Shown piece after piece: positions 12,261-23,130 of a DNA stretch of 64,000 bases. A program made the position numbers and the translations under genes. Every line of letters begins with the position of its first letter. The stretch's first letter is position 1. This DNA comes from Felis catus (lineage: Eukaryota), in NCBI RefSeq assembly GCF_018350175.1, contig NC_058368.1, forward strand, positions 207,206,001 to 207,270,000. Direction: 5' to 3'. Under the pieces are notes generated by a model. It saw nothing but the letters and a program-made list of their open reading frames with translations, was not told the DNA's origin and searched no databases.

Positions 12261-13436
12261 TATTCTTCTCATTTTAAATCTTTGTTTTCTTCAATGTTCT
12301 TTGTTCATCTCTATTGTCATAGTTTTGTCTTCATTTCATGGCTAGCCTAGCTTCTGTTTCAAGGGTACTTCTACGGTTCCTCGGTGGTCTTTCTCATGAT
12401 TCGGTTATCTGTGTACTTACACTTAACATTTTACTAAGCAGATCAATGTGAAGAGACACATAACACTATTTGTTTAAACAGATAAACACTTCAAAATTTG
12501 TACGGTTACTAAGAACATTTTTGTACCTTAATGTTTCATTTTAATTATTGAAAAACTTAAAAGCTGAGAATTATACAATTCTTTTAAACAGTTCCTGCTT
12601 TTCACTGCTCAGTGTCAATATTTAGAAAATAATGCATGTTTTTCCTGTGATTGCAAGGCGGTGGAGTGCTGGCTGGCTGGATGGGTCAAGGGAAAACCAT
12701 ACCTGGTTGAACTTGAGGGAATTTTATGTCACTCTTAAGGTGAAGTAGATGACAAAATTTTATATGCTATATTTTTCCAATTATGTTTTGAAGGACCTTT
12801 GCAATAAAATATCATGTCTAGTAGTTTTGAGAGCAGTGAAAACACTTTGAGTGTGAGTAAAATAGTAACGATATATTGCAAGCAGGACTGCTCTTACCTT
12901 ATGGTGTCCTTTGTTTTCAGTGTGTGGCAGGATGCCTAGACCCTGGCTGTCCAGGAAGTATCTGTTTAAGGAGTATTGACTTTGTTACAAAACAAAAATT
13001 TCTAACAGCATAATGTTTAAAACATTTCTATTACTAAAGCACTATTCTAACCTCATGAGAAACACACAGCCATTGAGAGAATTTGTGTATGTGTGCTCTC
13101 GCCTATGTGTTTCTTTAGTGTGGTGTGTCCTATAAAGGAAATTTTAATTCTTACCAGGTCATGTAAAATCCCATCTTTTCTGAATTTTAGTTGTTTAACT
13201 ATTTAGTCATACTAAGTAAATATTCTGAGTATTTTGTAAAGTGTTCCTTCTGTCTCAGCCCCAACTGTGTATTAATCGCTTATCGTTGGAAGTATTTATC
13301 TGTTTTCCAAACCTTCAGTTTCATGGCAGGCTAATGAAAACTGTGACCAGAAGATCCACCATATTTAAAAATAATTCTCTAATAAGTAAATAAATTAATT
13401 AATTAATAAAAATAATGTTCTAAGATTCTACTTTTT

Positions 13437-13655
13437 TAAAAAAAATTTTTTTAACATTTATTTATTTTTGAGACAGAGAGAGACAGAGCATGAACGGGGG
13501 AGGGTCACAGAGAGAGGGAGACACAGAATCCAAAAGAGGCTCCAGGCTCTGAGCAGTCAGCACAGAGCCCGACGCAGGGCTCGAACCCACGGACAGTGAA
13601 ATCGTGATCTGAGCTGAAGTCGGATGCTTAACCGACTGAGCCACCCAGGCGCCCC
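13437..13655 (-). mobile_element. CanSINE
   Basis: TSD aagattctacttttt at 13422-13436 and 13656-13670. Confidence 0.97.
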
Positions 13656-13687
13656 AAGATTCTACTTTTTAACAAAGCACAAACCAA

Positions 13688-13900
13688 GGGTGCCTGGGTA
13701 GCTCAGTCAGTTAAGTGTCTGACTCTCGGTTTTGGCTCAGGTCATGATCTCACGGTTTCCTGAGTTTGAGCCCTGCTTCCGGCTCAGCACTGACAGTGCA
13801 GAGCCTGCTTGGGATTCTCTCTTTCTTCCTTTCTCTTTGCCCCTCCTCACTCTCTCTCTTTCAAAATAAATAAATAAACTTTAAAACAAACAAAAACAAA
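13688..13900 (+). mobile_element. CanSINE (older type, gcctgcttgggattctctc)
   Basis: GGGTGCCTGGGTAGCTCAG head, CT tract, A-tail; degenerate TSD aaagcaca..cca. Confidence 0.95.
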
Positions 13901-15071
13901 AAGCACACAGGCCAAATCAACCAAATCAAGAATAAAGAGTGAAGAATAAATGTTAGTCCTTAGCAAAGGATGTGATTTCTCTCATTCCTGCGCCATCATT
14001 ATGTTGGGGATGATGGGGAAGAGTCTGACGGCACACAGAGAAATAACTTTGGGGAATGAGATGGTAGATATGTAGGCATTATCAGGTAATACCTGGTCAG
14101 TCCTTGGTTTTGGCTTATTCATCTCAGAGTCTTTCTCTGCCTCTCCAGGTATGTGAGTTCTCGCGGTCATGTGTTCCTATAGCAGCCTGTCCTTCACATT
14201 TCATTGAATGCATCACATATGTCTTACTTGTTATGTGCACCAACATCTATCTTGTCAGTTTTCCTCATCTGTAAATCAAATCATTTCATAAGAGAATCTG
14301 TAGCTTCTCCTCCAAGTCTATTGCTCTTGCGTTCCAAGTCAGTATCGAAACACTAGCAACTGCGTGCGGGTGGCAGGGACCCTAGAGAAGGGACACGAGG
14401 AAGGACACAGCTGTTTTCACTAGATTAAGGCCACACTTTAGGTCCTCTGTGCCCTTCTCTTTGTGATTAGCAGGGATTCCTGAAGAAAGTCCACTGGCAT
14501 CCTTAACAAACTTCAGTTTTTCTAGCAGTTTCAACTGTAGAATTGATGTGATGGTTTTACCTATGCCTCAAAGGTGCCTTGAACTTTATCTAGTTCATAT
14601 ATTCACAGTTGGCATTCAAGTCATAAAATTTATCTTGGCTTTTAAAATATTCTAGCAGGGACACTTTTAGAATTGGCCATTTTGCAATGGTTCCAGAGAC
14701 AAATTGTGTTGTGCAGTTGAGATGTTTATTCTCTTTATTTACTAAACCCTTATTTCTCAAGTAATGACAAAGTTCAATAAATGAAACATGGCATCAATCT
14801 TAAAAATTAGATCATGTGAGGAAATCTGGGAAGCTAAAGGCAAATCCCACTTGATTCCTATGTATATATAGTTTGGCAATTTTAGCACTGATGAAAGCAA
14901 TCCATATCTTCTGGGCACTATCATGTGCCATTTTACATTAGAAATGTTGCCCAATGAACTGATACAGATACACTCGAACACTGCTGATGTATGTCTAAGT
15001 TCATCCCTTGAGAAATTAGAGTTCAAAATGAGGAAAAAATACAAATCAGAAAAGAAAGTTAAAAGCAATTA

Positions 15072-15258
15072 GGGGCACCTAGGTGACCCAGTCAGTTAAG
15101 TGTCCAACCTCTTGATTTTGGCTCAGTTCATGATCTCGAGGTTCGTAGGATCAAGTCCCGCACCGGGCTCTGTGCTGACAGCATGGAGCCAGCTTGGTAT
15201 TCTCTCTCTCTCTGTGCCCCCCCCCCAACTTCTCAAAATAAATAAATAAACATTTTAT
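15072..15258 (+). mobile_element. CanSINE (older type)
   Basis: GGGGCACCTAGGTGACCCAGTCAGTTAAG head; TSD-like aaaa(t)gcaattagg on both sides. Confidence 0.93.
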
Positions 15259-15874
15259 AAAATGCAATTAGGTGATTAGGGTTAAAATTAAATTTTAAAA
15301 TCCATCTTAGAACTTAAACAAAAGTTTTGAGCCATTTTAATACCACTAATTTGATTCTTTACTGCTTGAAATAAGTACGGTATATGTGTTCTTACTCCTG
15401 GATAAATTATCGTTAAAGATCAAAAGTAGTTAAGAGGCCAAGCCAGGGTTGATTTAATTCTCTTAGGATGCCCTTTAGCTTCAGAATTTTTCACGGTTAC
15501 AGTGAATTCACTCCCACGTTAATATCAACGAGACATGAGAAGTGATTCTTTTCCATAATCGCACCACTAAATTCAACCAAATGCTTCAAGAAACTACCAT
15601 TAACTGTGTGGGGAAACCAAGTAAGGATATTAATCAAATAAGTGATACAAATCACTGTAAAACTTACATTGCTTAAAACTCAGCAACAAAAGTAAGTTTT
15701 TCTTTCCCAAATTCTTTGATATGATGGTTTGGAAGCTGAAGTTTCATTGCAGACAGTACTTAGATGTCTTCTCTTTCTGAACACTGATCCAATGGGCACG
15801 GCATTTTATGGATAAACTTCAAGAGGACAGAGCCACGGTGGGCCCACCCTGCAGCCAATAGGTCTGGCCATAAC

Positions 15875-16020
15875 TCCAGCTCAGCCAGTCACTAGTGGTG
15901 CAACCAGAGGCACCTTATGTAACTCAGTAAGCCTCAGTTCCCTCATTTGTAAAATAAAGACAGCCATAATCCATATTGCAGAGTTATTGGGAAAACAAGA
16001 AGTGACGAGTGCTAAGTACT
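15875..16020 (+). mobile_element. MIR fragment
   Basis: gcctcagttccctcatttgtaaaat MIR core. Confidence 0.75.
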
Positions 16021-16641
16021 AATCTTAAATTTATGTTGCTCATTTTGAGTTTTAAAGGCATGTATTTTCGATTAACCTGTGGCCACCAAAAGCCAAACCA
16101 GCTGCAAAATTTAAGACAAAAACACTTCTTCTTTTTTTTTTAATGCAAGTATCCTGCACCCTTAACCTCACTTCCAGCCTCCCCACCCCAACTCACAGAG
16201 GAATCTCACAAAATGAGAATAAGGAGTGAAACAAATGGACCATGATTTACGTTCAATCATTTTCCTTTAAGCGAGGTGACCGATCAGGAACTCACATTTG
16301 CAATATTTTCAAGAGGGATATAAGGCTGAGAAGAGTTAGATGAACAAGCAGAGCACAAACAGAAAGCAGGGGTAAGGTGTGTCAGAGTCTAGGGGAACCC
16401 CGTCTGACAAAGAGCAATTTGTGAACATGCATTCCCTTCATATATGTAGCAAGCTACTTAGAGAAGATGGGTACAGTATAAACTTCTGAAACAAACACTT
16501 TACCTTCTTATGACATTCAGTCATCCTTAATAGTATTTAACATTCAACAAAAAAGTAAGAATAATTTGCAAAGTAAGAATAATTTTACATAAACTTGGTT
16601 TATAATTTAGTGAGCCAAAGTACTTCAAGAATCTCCATCTT

Positions 16642-16660
16642 TCTCTCTCTCTGTATATAC

Positions 16661-16704
<44 letters not shown>

Positions 16705-16838
16705 GCACATACACGTGTATGTATATGCATATACATATATATATACATGTATACATGTATTTATATATCTCTGTATATACATATATATGTGTATATATAT
16801 ACATACATATATGTATATATATACAGAGAGATATATAT
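16642..16838. repeat. Compound (TC)n/(TA)n/(CA)n microsatellite
   Basis: Direct reading; quasi-palindromic ends ctctgtatata...tatatacagag. Confidence 0.95.
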
Positions 16839-17864
16839 TATCTGCTCAAGCCTCTTAATTTTAAAGAAAAAAAGATGTAGACCCAGATTGTTTATCCTTT
16901 TCTAACTCACAGAGCTAGTGAGGAATGAGGAGTTCTGTTTCCCAGGTGGAAGAGACCACACATCATGCCCTACATTTAGTCAATCCTAGTGGAAGTTTTG
17001 GTCCTACTGTCTCCAAAACTGTTGATCTGTGTCCATCAGGCAGGTCAGGTCTCCTTTTCTCCTCAGTTCTTCCCCCTTTTAAAACCTGACCATTTGGAAT
17101 TTTCCCACATGTCGTTTCCTAAAGTCTCTTCAAACCTCTTTGAATAATTTGCATGAAAATACTCCACTCCAACCTCTAACAACTAGACCTCAGCCAAGAT
17201 GAGTCAGGTGAAACTGAGAAGGAGGAGAGGAACTTGGGTCAGTTCTGAAGCAAGCATTTCCTGAGAGCAGAGGACAGGATGGCTTAGCTAGAAGAAGGGT
17301 GCCACCCACTGGGGGAAAGAGAGTATTGCCTCCTCAGAGGCTTTGAAAATGGTAAAGGAATGTTCTCAAACTAACTCAAAAATTTAATTCCCTCTCTTTT
17401 CTTTATTTCCATTTATTTTGCTGGCACCAAGTACAGAGAATTAGATTTTGGATTAGTCGTAATCCTACTTTATGACATAGTCATCACTGTTGCATTTAAG
17501 GCAAGGTCTGCTTTTAGTTAGCTTTTGAACTAATAGTCTTTAATAAGCTTGCTGGGCTCACCACCCTAAACAAAAACAAGGCCCTTGACAAGAACCTCCG
17601 TGCAGCCCACCCCACCCCACCCCATCTCCATGCCTGCCCCCACCCGGAATGGCCCAGCTCATCCAGATTTGAGGCACCATTATCATAGACAGCCACGTTT
17701 CTGAACTTTTTGCTCCTACTGAACTAACAATTATTTTTCTAAGTATCACCACTGACCAACCCCATGATTTCCTAACAATTAAGTTAATTAGCTCAAGTTA
17801 ATTAAATTAAATGAAACTAAATTAAATTAAATTAAATTAAATTTCAGCTTTAAAAGTGGAGAGG

Positions 17865-18105
17865 CAAGAAGGCAGTTTGGATAAAGCCTTGAATTCTGGA
17901 GTCAGCCTACATTTGGTTTAAATTCAGGAGTCCCGCTTATTACCACCACTGACTCCTATCTTGGGCAAGCCGCTAACTTCTCTAAGCTTCAATTTTGTTG
18001 TAATGAAGGACAACTAGTGTTGTGAGGATGTGACCATACAATCATGAAAATTGGCATAGTGCCTGATACAGAGAAAGCGCTCGACATATGCAAGTTAGTT
18101 TTATT
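17865..18105 (+). mobile_element. MIR (near full length)
   Basis: tctggagtcag...cttgggcaagccgctaacttctctaagcttcaatttt...gttgtgaggat...atagtgcctgatacagagaaagcgctc. Confidence 0.8.
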
Positions 18106-18205
18106 TCTATCTACTATTGTCTAGGAAGGTTTCATTTTTAATATTATGTTTAAAAATGTATAGTAATAACGTCACAAAACAAGTTTCATGTCATTGTGAA
18201 TCTTT

Positions 18206-18420
18206 TTTTTTAAATTAAAAAAAAATGTTCACTTATTTTTGAGAGACAGAGAGAGCACAGGTGGGGGAGGAACAAAGAGAGAGGGAGACAGAATCTGAAG
18301 CAGACTCCAGGCTCTGAGCTGTCAGCACAGAGCCCAAGGTGGGACTTGAACCCACGAACTGTGAGATTATGATCTGAGCTGAAGTTGGATGCTTAACGGA
18401 CTGAGCCACCCAGGTGCCCC
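18206..18420 (-). mobile_element. CanSINE
   Basis: TSD tgtgaatcttt at 18195-18205 and 18422-18432. Confidence 0.97.
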
Positions 18421-18599
18421 ATGTGAATCTTTAATTCCAAGGAGATGATCGCTATTACTACTCGTAACAATAACAATATGCTACACTTTTGAAGTTTACA
18501 TGGTTCTTGGAACACCTTTCCCTCATCTGATACATGAAAGAATTCTCTAAGGTAGGTTTGACAGGCAACATTATTTCAAATTCATACAATTGAGATTGT

Positions 18600-19050
18600 T
18601 TAAAAACTAAAAGAAGGATGTTCTTTAAAAACTAGACATTGATTTCTTTCTCACAAAATCATCAGGGATCCAGGCTCCTTTCAATTTGCAACTCTGTCAT
18701 CCTCAGCACGTCCCTTTCTCCTCAGAATCCCTTTACGTGAAACTCCAGCCGTCTTGTCTGCATTTTAGCTGATAGGAAGAAAGGACTAAGGACAGCACAC
18801 CATCTCCCTTCCAGAATATTTCCCTAAGGTCATGCACAACGCTTCTGCTTATGTCCCATGAGACAAACCTTAGCCATGAAACCATAACCAGCTTCCAAAG
18901 CCAGAAAATAAATACTTAATCCAGGCAGACCCAACTGCAGCTACAAATGAGAAGCTCTAGGGAAAATGAAAGAGCAGAACATGGGTATTTGTTCTGGAAA
19001 TTTGTTCTGGATATTTGTTCTGGAAAGATGAGAACTAGGAGCTTCTGCCA
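18600..19050 (-). mobile_element. Old MaLR (MLT1-type) LTR relic
   Basis: cagggatccaggctcctttc...actccagccgtcttgtctgcatttt...cttctgcttatgtcccat resembles MLT1J/K-type antisense. Confidence 0.55.
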
Positions 19051-19264
19051 TACAAAACAAAACTGTCTTCTGGGACTTTCTATCCACAGTACTGAGTCCT
19101 CTATTTGCCCCATTTAAGAATCTCAAAAGGAGAGCTAAGCTCAGAGCCCTGCAGCATGTTTTTGGGTGTGAAGCTGCTACAACCTATGCTGCATCCGGCT
19201 ATTGCGCTCAGTGTTGGCTATTATGAACCGAGGCTTGACACTGTGGGAACAGGACATCAGTTAT

Positions 19265-20022
19265 TGTAACCAACCCAACGGAGAGTTTGTCTGCCTGATT
19301 CATGGCAAGTCAATAAAAACTTGCACTGAGCTTTTGCAGTGAAGAAAGATAGGCTATTTGTTGGGTTAATGCGCAGGAGAAAGGGGAGCTAATGCTCTAA
19401 AATCTCCAACTCCCTGATGGCTTGCGAGTGAGGGTTTTTATGGGAAAAATTTGAGGCAAAAGTCTCCTGAGAAGGTGGGCACCATTGACTGGAGGCCCGC
19501 CATTTATTGGAGTCCCATTGATTGGAGACACCACTGATTCGAGATACCATTGATTAGAGGCCCACCATTGATTAGAGGCCCACCATTGATTGGAGGCCCA
19601 TTGATTGGAGACACCATTGATTGGAGGCCCACCGTTGATTAGAGGCCCACCATTGATTGGAGGCCCATTGATTGGAGACACCATCGATTGGTGGGCCATG
19701 AGGTCATGCTAGCAGGTGTTCTGGTGCCACTACATCTGGTCCCCAGAGGTCTTTTCCATCTCAAGAGACTTAGAATCTTAAAAAAATATACATACCTTTA
19801 TTGTTTATGTTAAAGAATTCATTAGGTACATCTGGTGATTATATCTCTAGGGTAGTACTGGTTAACTCTTTGTCCTACAGGTTTCTTTGAATGGTAAGCA
19901 AACATTCTTATCCCTCGAACCTAGGCCTACATGTTTCTTGGCCAGTCTGATTGTGCCTGGGGTTGATATGACCTCCATTGTTCATTCTTCCATCTGAACT
20001 GATAAGAGGGATGCCTGTTTCA
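19265..20022 (-). mobile_element. ERV1-class solo LTR (758 bp) with internal CCAAT minisatellite
   Basis: TG...CA termini; 4-bp TSD TTAT at 19261-19264 and 20023-20026; on the minus strand CCAAT boxes precede TATA-like CATAAAAA (~19435-19442). Confidence 0.85.
19482..19694. repeat. Minisatellite of 13 units, core CCATTGATTGGAG (15-18 bp units)
   Basis: Unit lengths 18,15,16,16,18,18,15,16,18,18,15,16 plus a terminal partial unit. Confidence 0.97.
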
Positions 20023-20180
20023 TTATTCAAAATTTTTATTAAAAACTCAATTCCTCTGATGTCATTTCATCAATGCACCTGGCATAGAAAACTTAGGCAT
20101 AAGGTTCCCTCCTGCTTCTCTTTCCTTCTGTCTCTGTATTTTTTTTTCCTTGATGAATAAGTTTCAGGGATCACCAAATA

Positions 20181-20411
20181 CAGGGGTCAGCAAGCTATTG
20201 CCTGCTGGCCAAATTTAACCCACTGCTTATTTTTTCCAATAAAGTTTTATGAGAACACAGACAAATCTGTTCACCTATATATTGTCTATGGCTGCTTTCA
20301 TATATATTTTGCTATAATAGCAAAACTGAGTAGTGACAGAGATCTTTTGACTCATAGAGTCTAAAATATTTACTGGGTGACCATTTTGCAGAAAAAGTTC
20401 ACCAATCCCTG
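20181..20411 (+). mobile_element. MER58A-like hAT-Charlie MITE
   Basis: CAGGGGTCAGCAAGCTA...AATAAAGTTTTATGAGAACACAG...TATTGTCTATGGCTGCTTTC...AAAAAGTTCACCAATCCCTG; terminal inverted repeats. Confidence 0.9.
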
Positions 20412-20732
20412 ACCTAGAATCTTGGAACAGGAAATACTTTAGAGATGACCCAGGGCATGAGTTCCCATCTTTGACCCTTCAAAGTGTAGTGCTTCCTTCC
20501 CCCTGCCCCCTAATGTCTTTTGCCTTAAAAGACTGTATCTACCAAATTATATTTGTTAATTAAATAATTTAACACATATAATGACTTTCAATCAGAATAC
20601 CTGCTCAACACACGGCAACTTGTGGTGCCACATTAAGCTGCAGTTTTTTCCATAAAAAGTAAAGAGACAGTTTTATGCAGACCATGTGCCCTAATCAAGG
20701 AGGACATAATTGATTTCAATTAAACTTTATTT

Positions 20733-20777
20733 AATTTTATTTTTAGAGAGAGTGTGTGTGAGTAGGGGAGGGGGGCT

Positions 20778-20826
<49 letters not shown>

Positions 20827-20948
20827 TCCCAAGCAGGCTCCATGCTCAGTACAAACCCGACAGTATCTCAATCCCACGACCCCCGGATCATGACCCCAGC
20901 TGAAAGCAGGAGTCATATGCTCAACCAACTGAGCCACCCATGTACCCC
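20733..20948 (-). mobile_element. CanSINE with expanded (GA)n tract
   Basis: TSD taaactttattt at 20721-20732 and 20949-20960; (GA)n at 20781-20823. Confidence 0.93.
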
Positions 20949-21324
20949 TAAACTTTATTTTAAATGCAATAAAGCTTTCAAATTCCCCTGACATTCTAAA
21001 AGACTCAGGGGAGTTAGAGAGACCCCAGGTTGACCATCATATGGGTGAAGAAACCAGCATAGAAAGATTCTTGCTCAATGTCACCAAGTAGGATATTCAG
21101 TCAGACTTATTTTTCCATTTATTGCCTTGCCAGGAAGTAATGGGTAGGTCTCTTACTCCCTCACTAAATATACACCAGTAAACAATATGGATTCTTCAGG
21201 AAGTTGCGACCCTCACAGAAAGATCAGATTGGGTATGAATCTTGGAAAACCAATAAAACTCTTGGAAGGGATTTTTTTAAAAAGAAAGATGGGGAAAATA
21301 TACTATTTTAAAATAGTTTAAGCA

Positions 21325-21520
21325 GCCAACTTCAGGTCAGGTCGTGATCTCACAGTTTGTGGATTCGAGCCCCACGTTGGGCTCTGTGCTGACAGCTCAG
21401 GGCCTGGAGCTTGCTTAGGCTGTGTCTCCCTCTCTCTCTACCCTTCCCCTGCTCATGCTCTGTCTCTCTTGTCTCTCAAAAATAAACATTAAAAAATTTA
21501 GAAAAAATAAAAATTAAAAA
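21325..21520 (+). mobile_element. 5'-truncated CanSINE
   Basis: Starts at ccaacttcaggtcaggtcgtgatctc, lacking the A-box head; A-tail present. Confidence 0.9.
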
Positions 21521-21561
21521 AATGTTAATGGATAGTTGATCTATTGCAATACCTAACTTTT

Positions 21562-21762
21562 TTTTTGTTTATTTATTTATTTTGAGACAGAGAAAGAGAT
21601 TGAGAGAGAGAGCACATTTGCATGCAAGCAGGGGAGGGGGAGAAAGAGAGGGAGAGAGAGAAAATCCCAAGGAGGCTGTGTGCATCTCACAAACCATGAG
21701 ATCATGATCTGAGCAGAAACCAAGAGTTGGATGCTTAACTGACTGAGCCACCCAGGCGCCCC
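21562..21762 (-). mobile_element. CanSINE with internal deletion
   Basis: Ends gagccacccaggcgcccc; TSD caa(t/c)acctaacttt on both sides. Confidence 0.93.
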
Positions 21763-23004
21763 ATCAACACCTAACTTTCTAAGCACAACAAATTTAAAGT
21801 ACCATTAATCATTAACAGAGAGGAAAACAGTTGTTAGAATCTTCTGCATTTCTTAAAAGGAATTCAGGCAAGTCTTTGAGATAGCTTCTTCTCCTTGTCA
21901 ACACCACATTTTTTCCCCCTTAACTTTACTTATTTGGCAAGAAAGGCGTTCCTGGTACTGTGGTCCCCTTTCCCAATAGCATTGAAAATTTGCAGAACAA
22001 TTTGTTCAAGTTACCAAGAGAGATTCCAATTGTATCCTCCACATTCACTATCAACTTTGGAAGTGTTTTGCCTCAAAACAGGATTAAACCTTGTACTAGT
22101 TGAATTGGGAAAAGGCCACACAAATTTCTTGGCAAAGAAATCTCAGAATCAAACTGTTCTATTTTTCATTTTAAATGTATTAGAGAGTTGTTGTTGTCCT
22201 TTCATGGTTCATTATTCCATTTAGAAATAATTTAAAGTGTCAGCAAGGTGACAACAAGCATCACTGAAGAGTCTTTTAAAGTTTTGTTTTACTAGGGACA
22301 CAAATAGAAAATAAAAACCAACAAAAAAAGATATTTTCCCCCTTTAAGTGATCCAGAAATTGAAATGCTAAGAAACTCTAATGTTCACCTAATTCAACTT
22401 CCTAGAGAAGAAGACATTCAGCTAGTGTGGTCAGGGACTTGGCCAAATTGTGGAAGGAACAACTCTGTGGAAGGAAGAGCTCTGAGGAGGAGACAATGAG
22501 AACTGGGTCTTAGTAGCTGGAGGACTAAGGATAAGTGAGCACTGCGTTTCTCATTCATAACATGGGAAAGAGAAGACCTTGGAGAACATCTCCATCTGTT
22601 AAACTCCAAGACTCCATGACTTTGGTGAGACTCTAGACCATTCTTAGACCCTACATCTCCTGATCTGCAGTGCAGTGGTATTTCTGCTAAATCATACTGC
22701 TATCTTCTCAAGATTTGATCAAAGCAATCAAATTTGATTGACAACTGTCTTCATAATCCATCTACATGTCTTCTTTAATAATACCATGGTGTAAATATTT
22801 ACTACTTGTAGTTTATAATAATTTATACTTAAACACCTAGCACCTCGATTCATTTCATTCATGTATTAAATGTTACACAAATTGTCTTCAAGTAAATACC
22901 AGGGACCAACACTATAAAAAATATTAGGGAAAAATTCTTGAAGATGACAAGGTCTCTACCCTCAAAAACTTTTTAATCTGTATATGAATGGGTAAATATA
23001 ATTC

Positions 23005-23130
23005 TTTCTCTGATAGATGAGGTAACAGAAACAAGGGGAGGTGAAATGATTTGCCACGGCCACACAAAGAGAATGAGGCAAATGTTAAGCCAGAACTGAG
23101 AGCTCCTGGCTGTTATTCACATGTTCTCAT
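23005..23130 (-). mobile_element. MIR fragment
   Basis: agatgaggtaacagaaacaaggggaggtgaaatgatttgccacggccacaca. Confidence 0.7.

Noticed and set aside
19482..19694. CRISPR-like appearance of the repeated CCATTGATTGGAG units, and the PPINGG-repeat ORF 19397-19699
   Set aside because: No unique spacers (only 2-5 nt linkers), mammalian LTR context and no cas genes; the ORF is just the translated minisatellite
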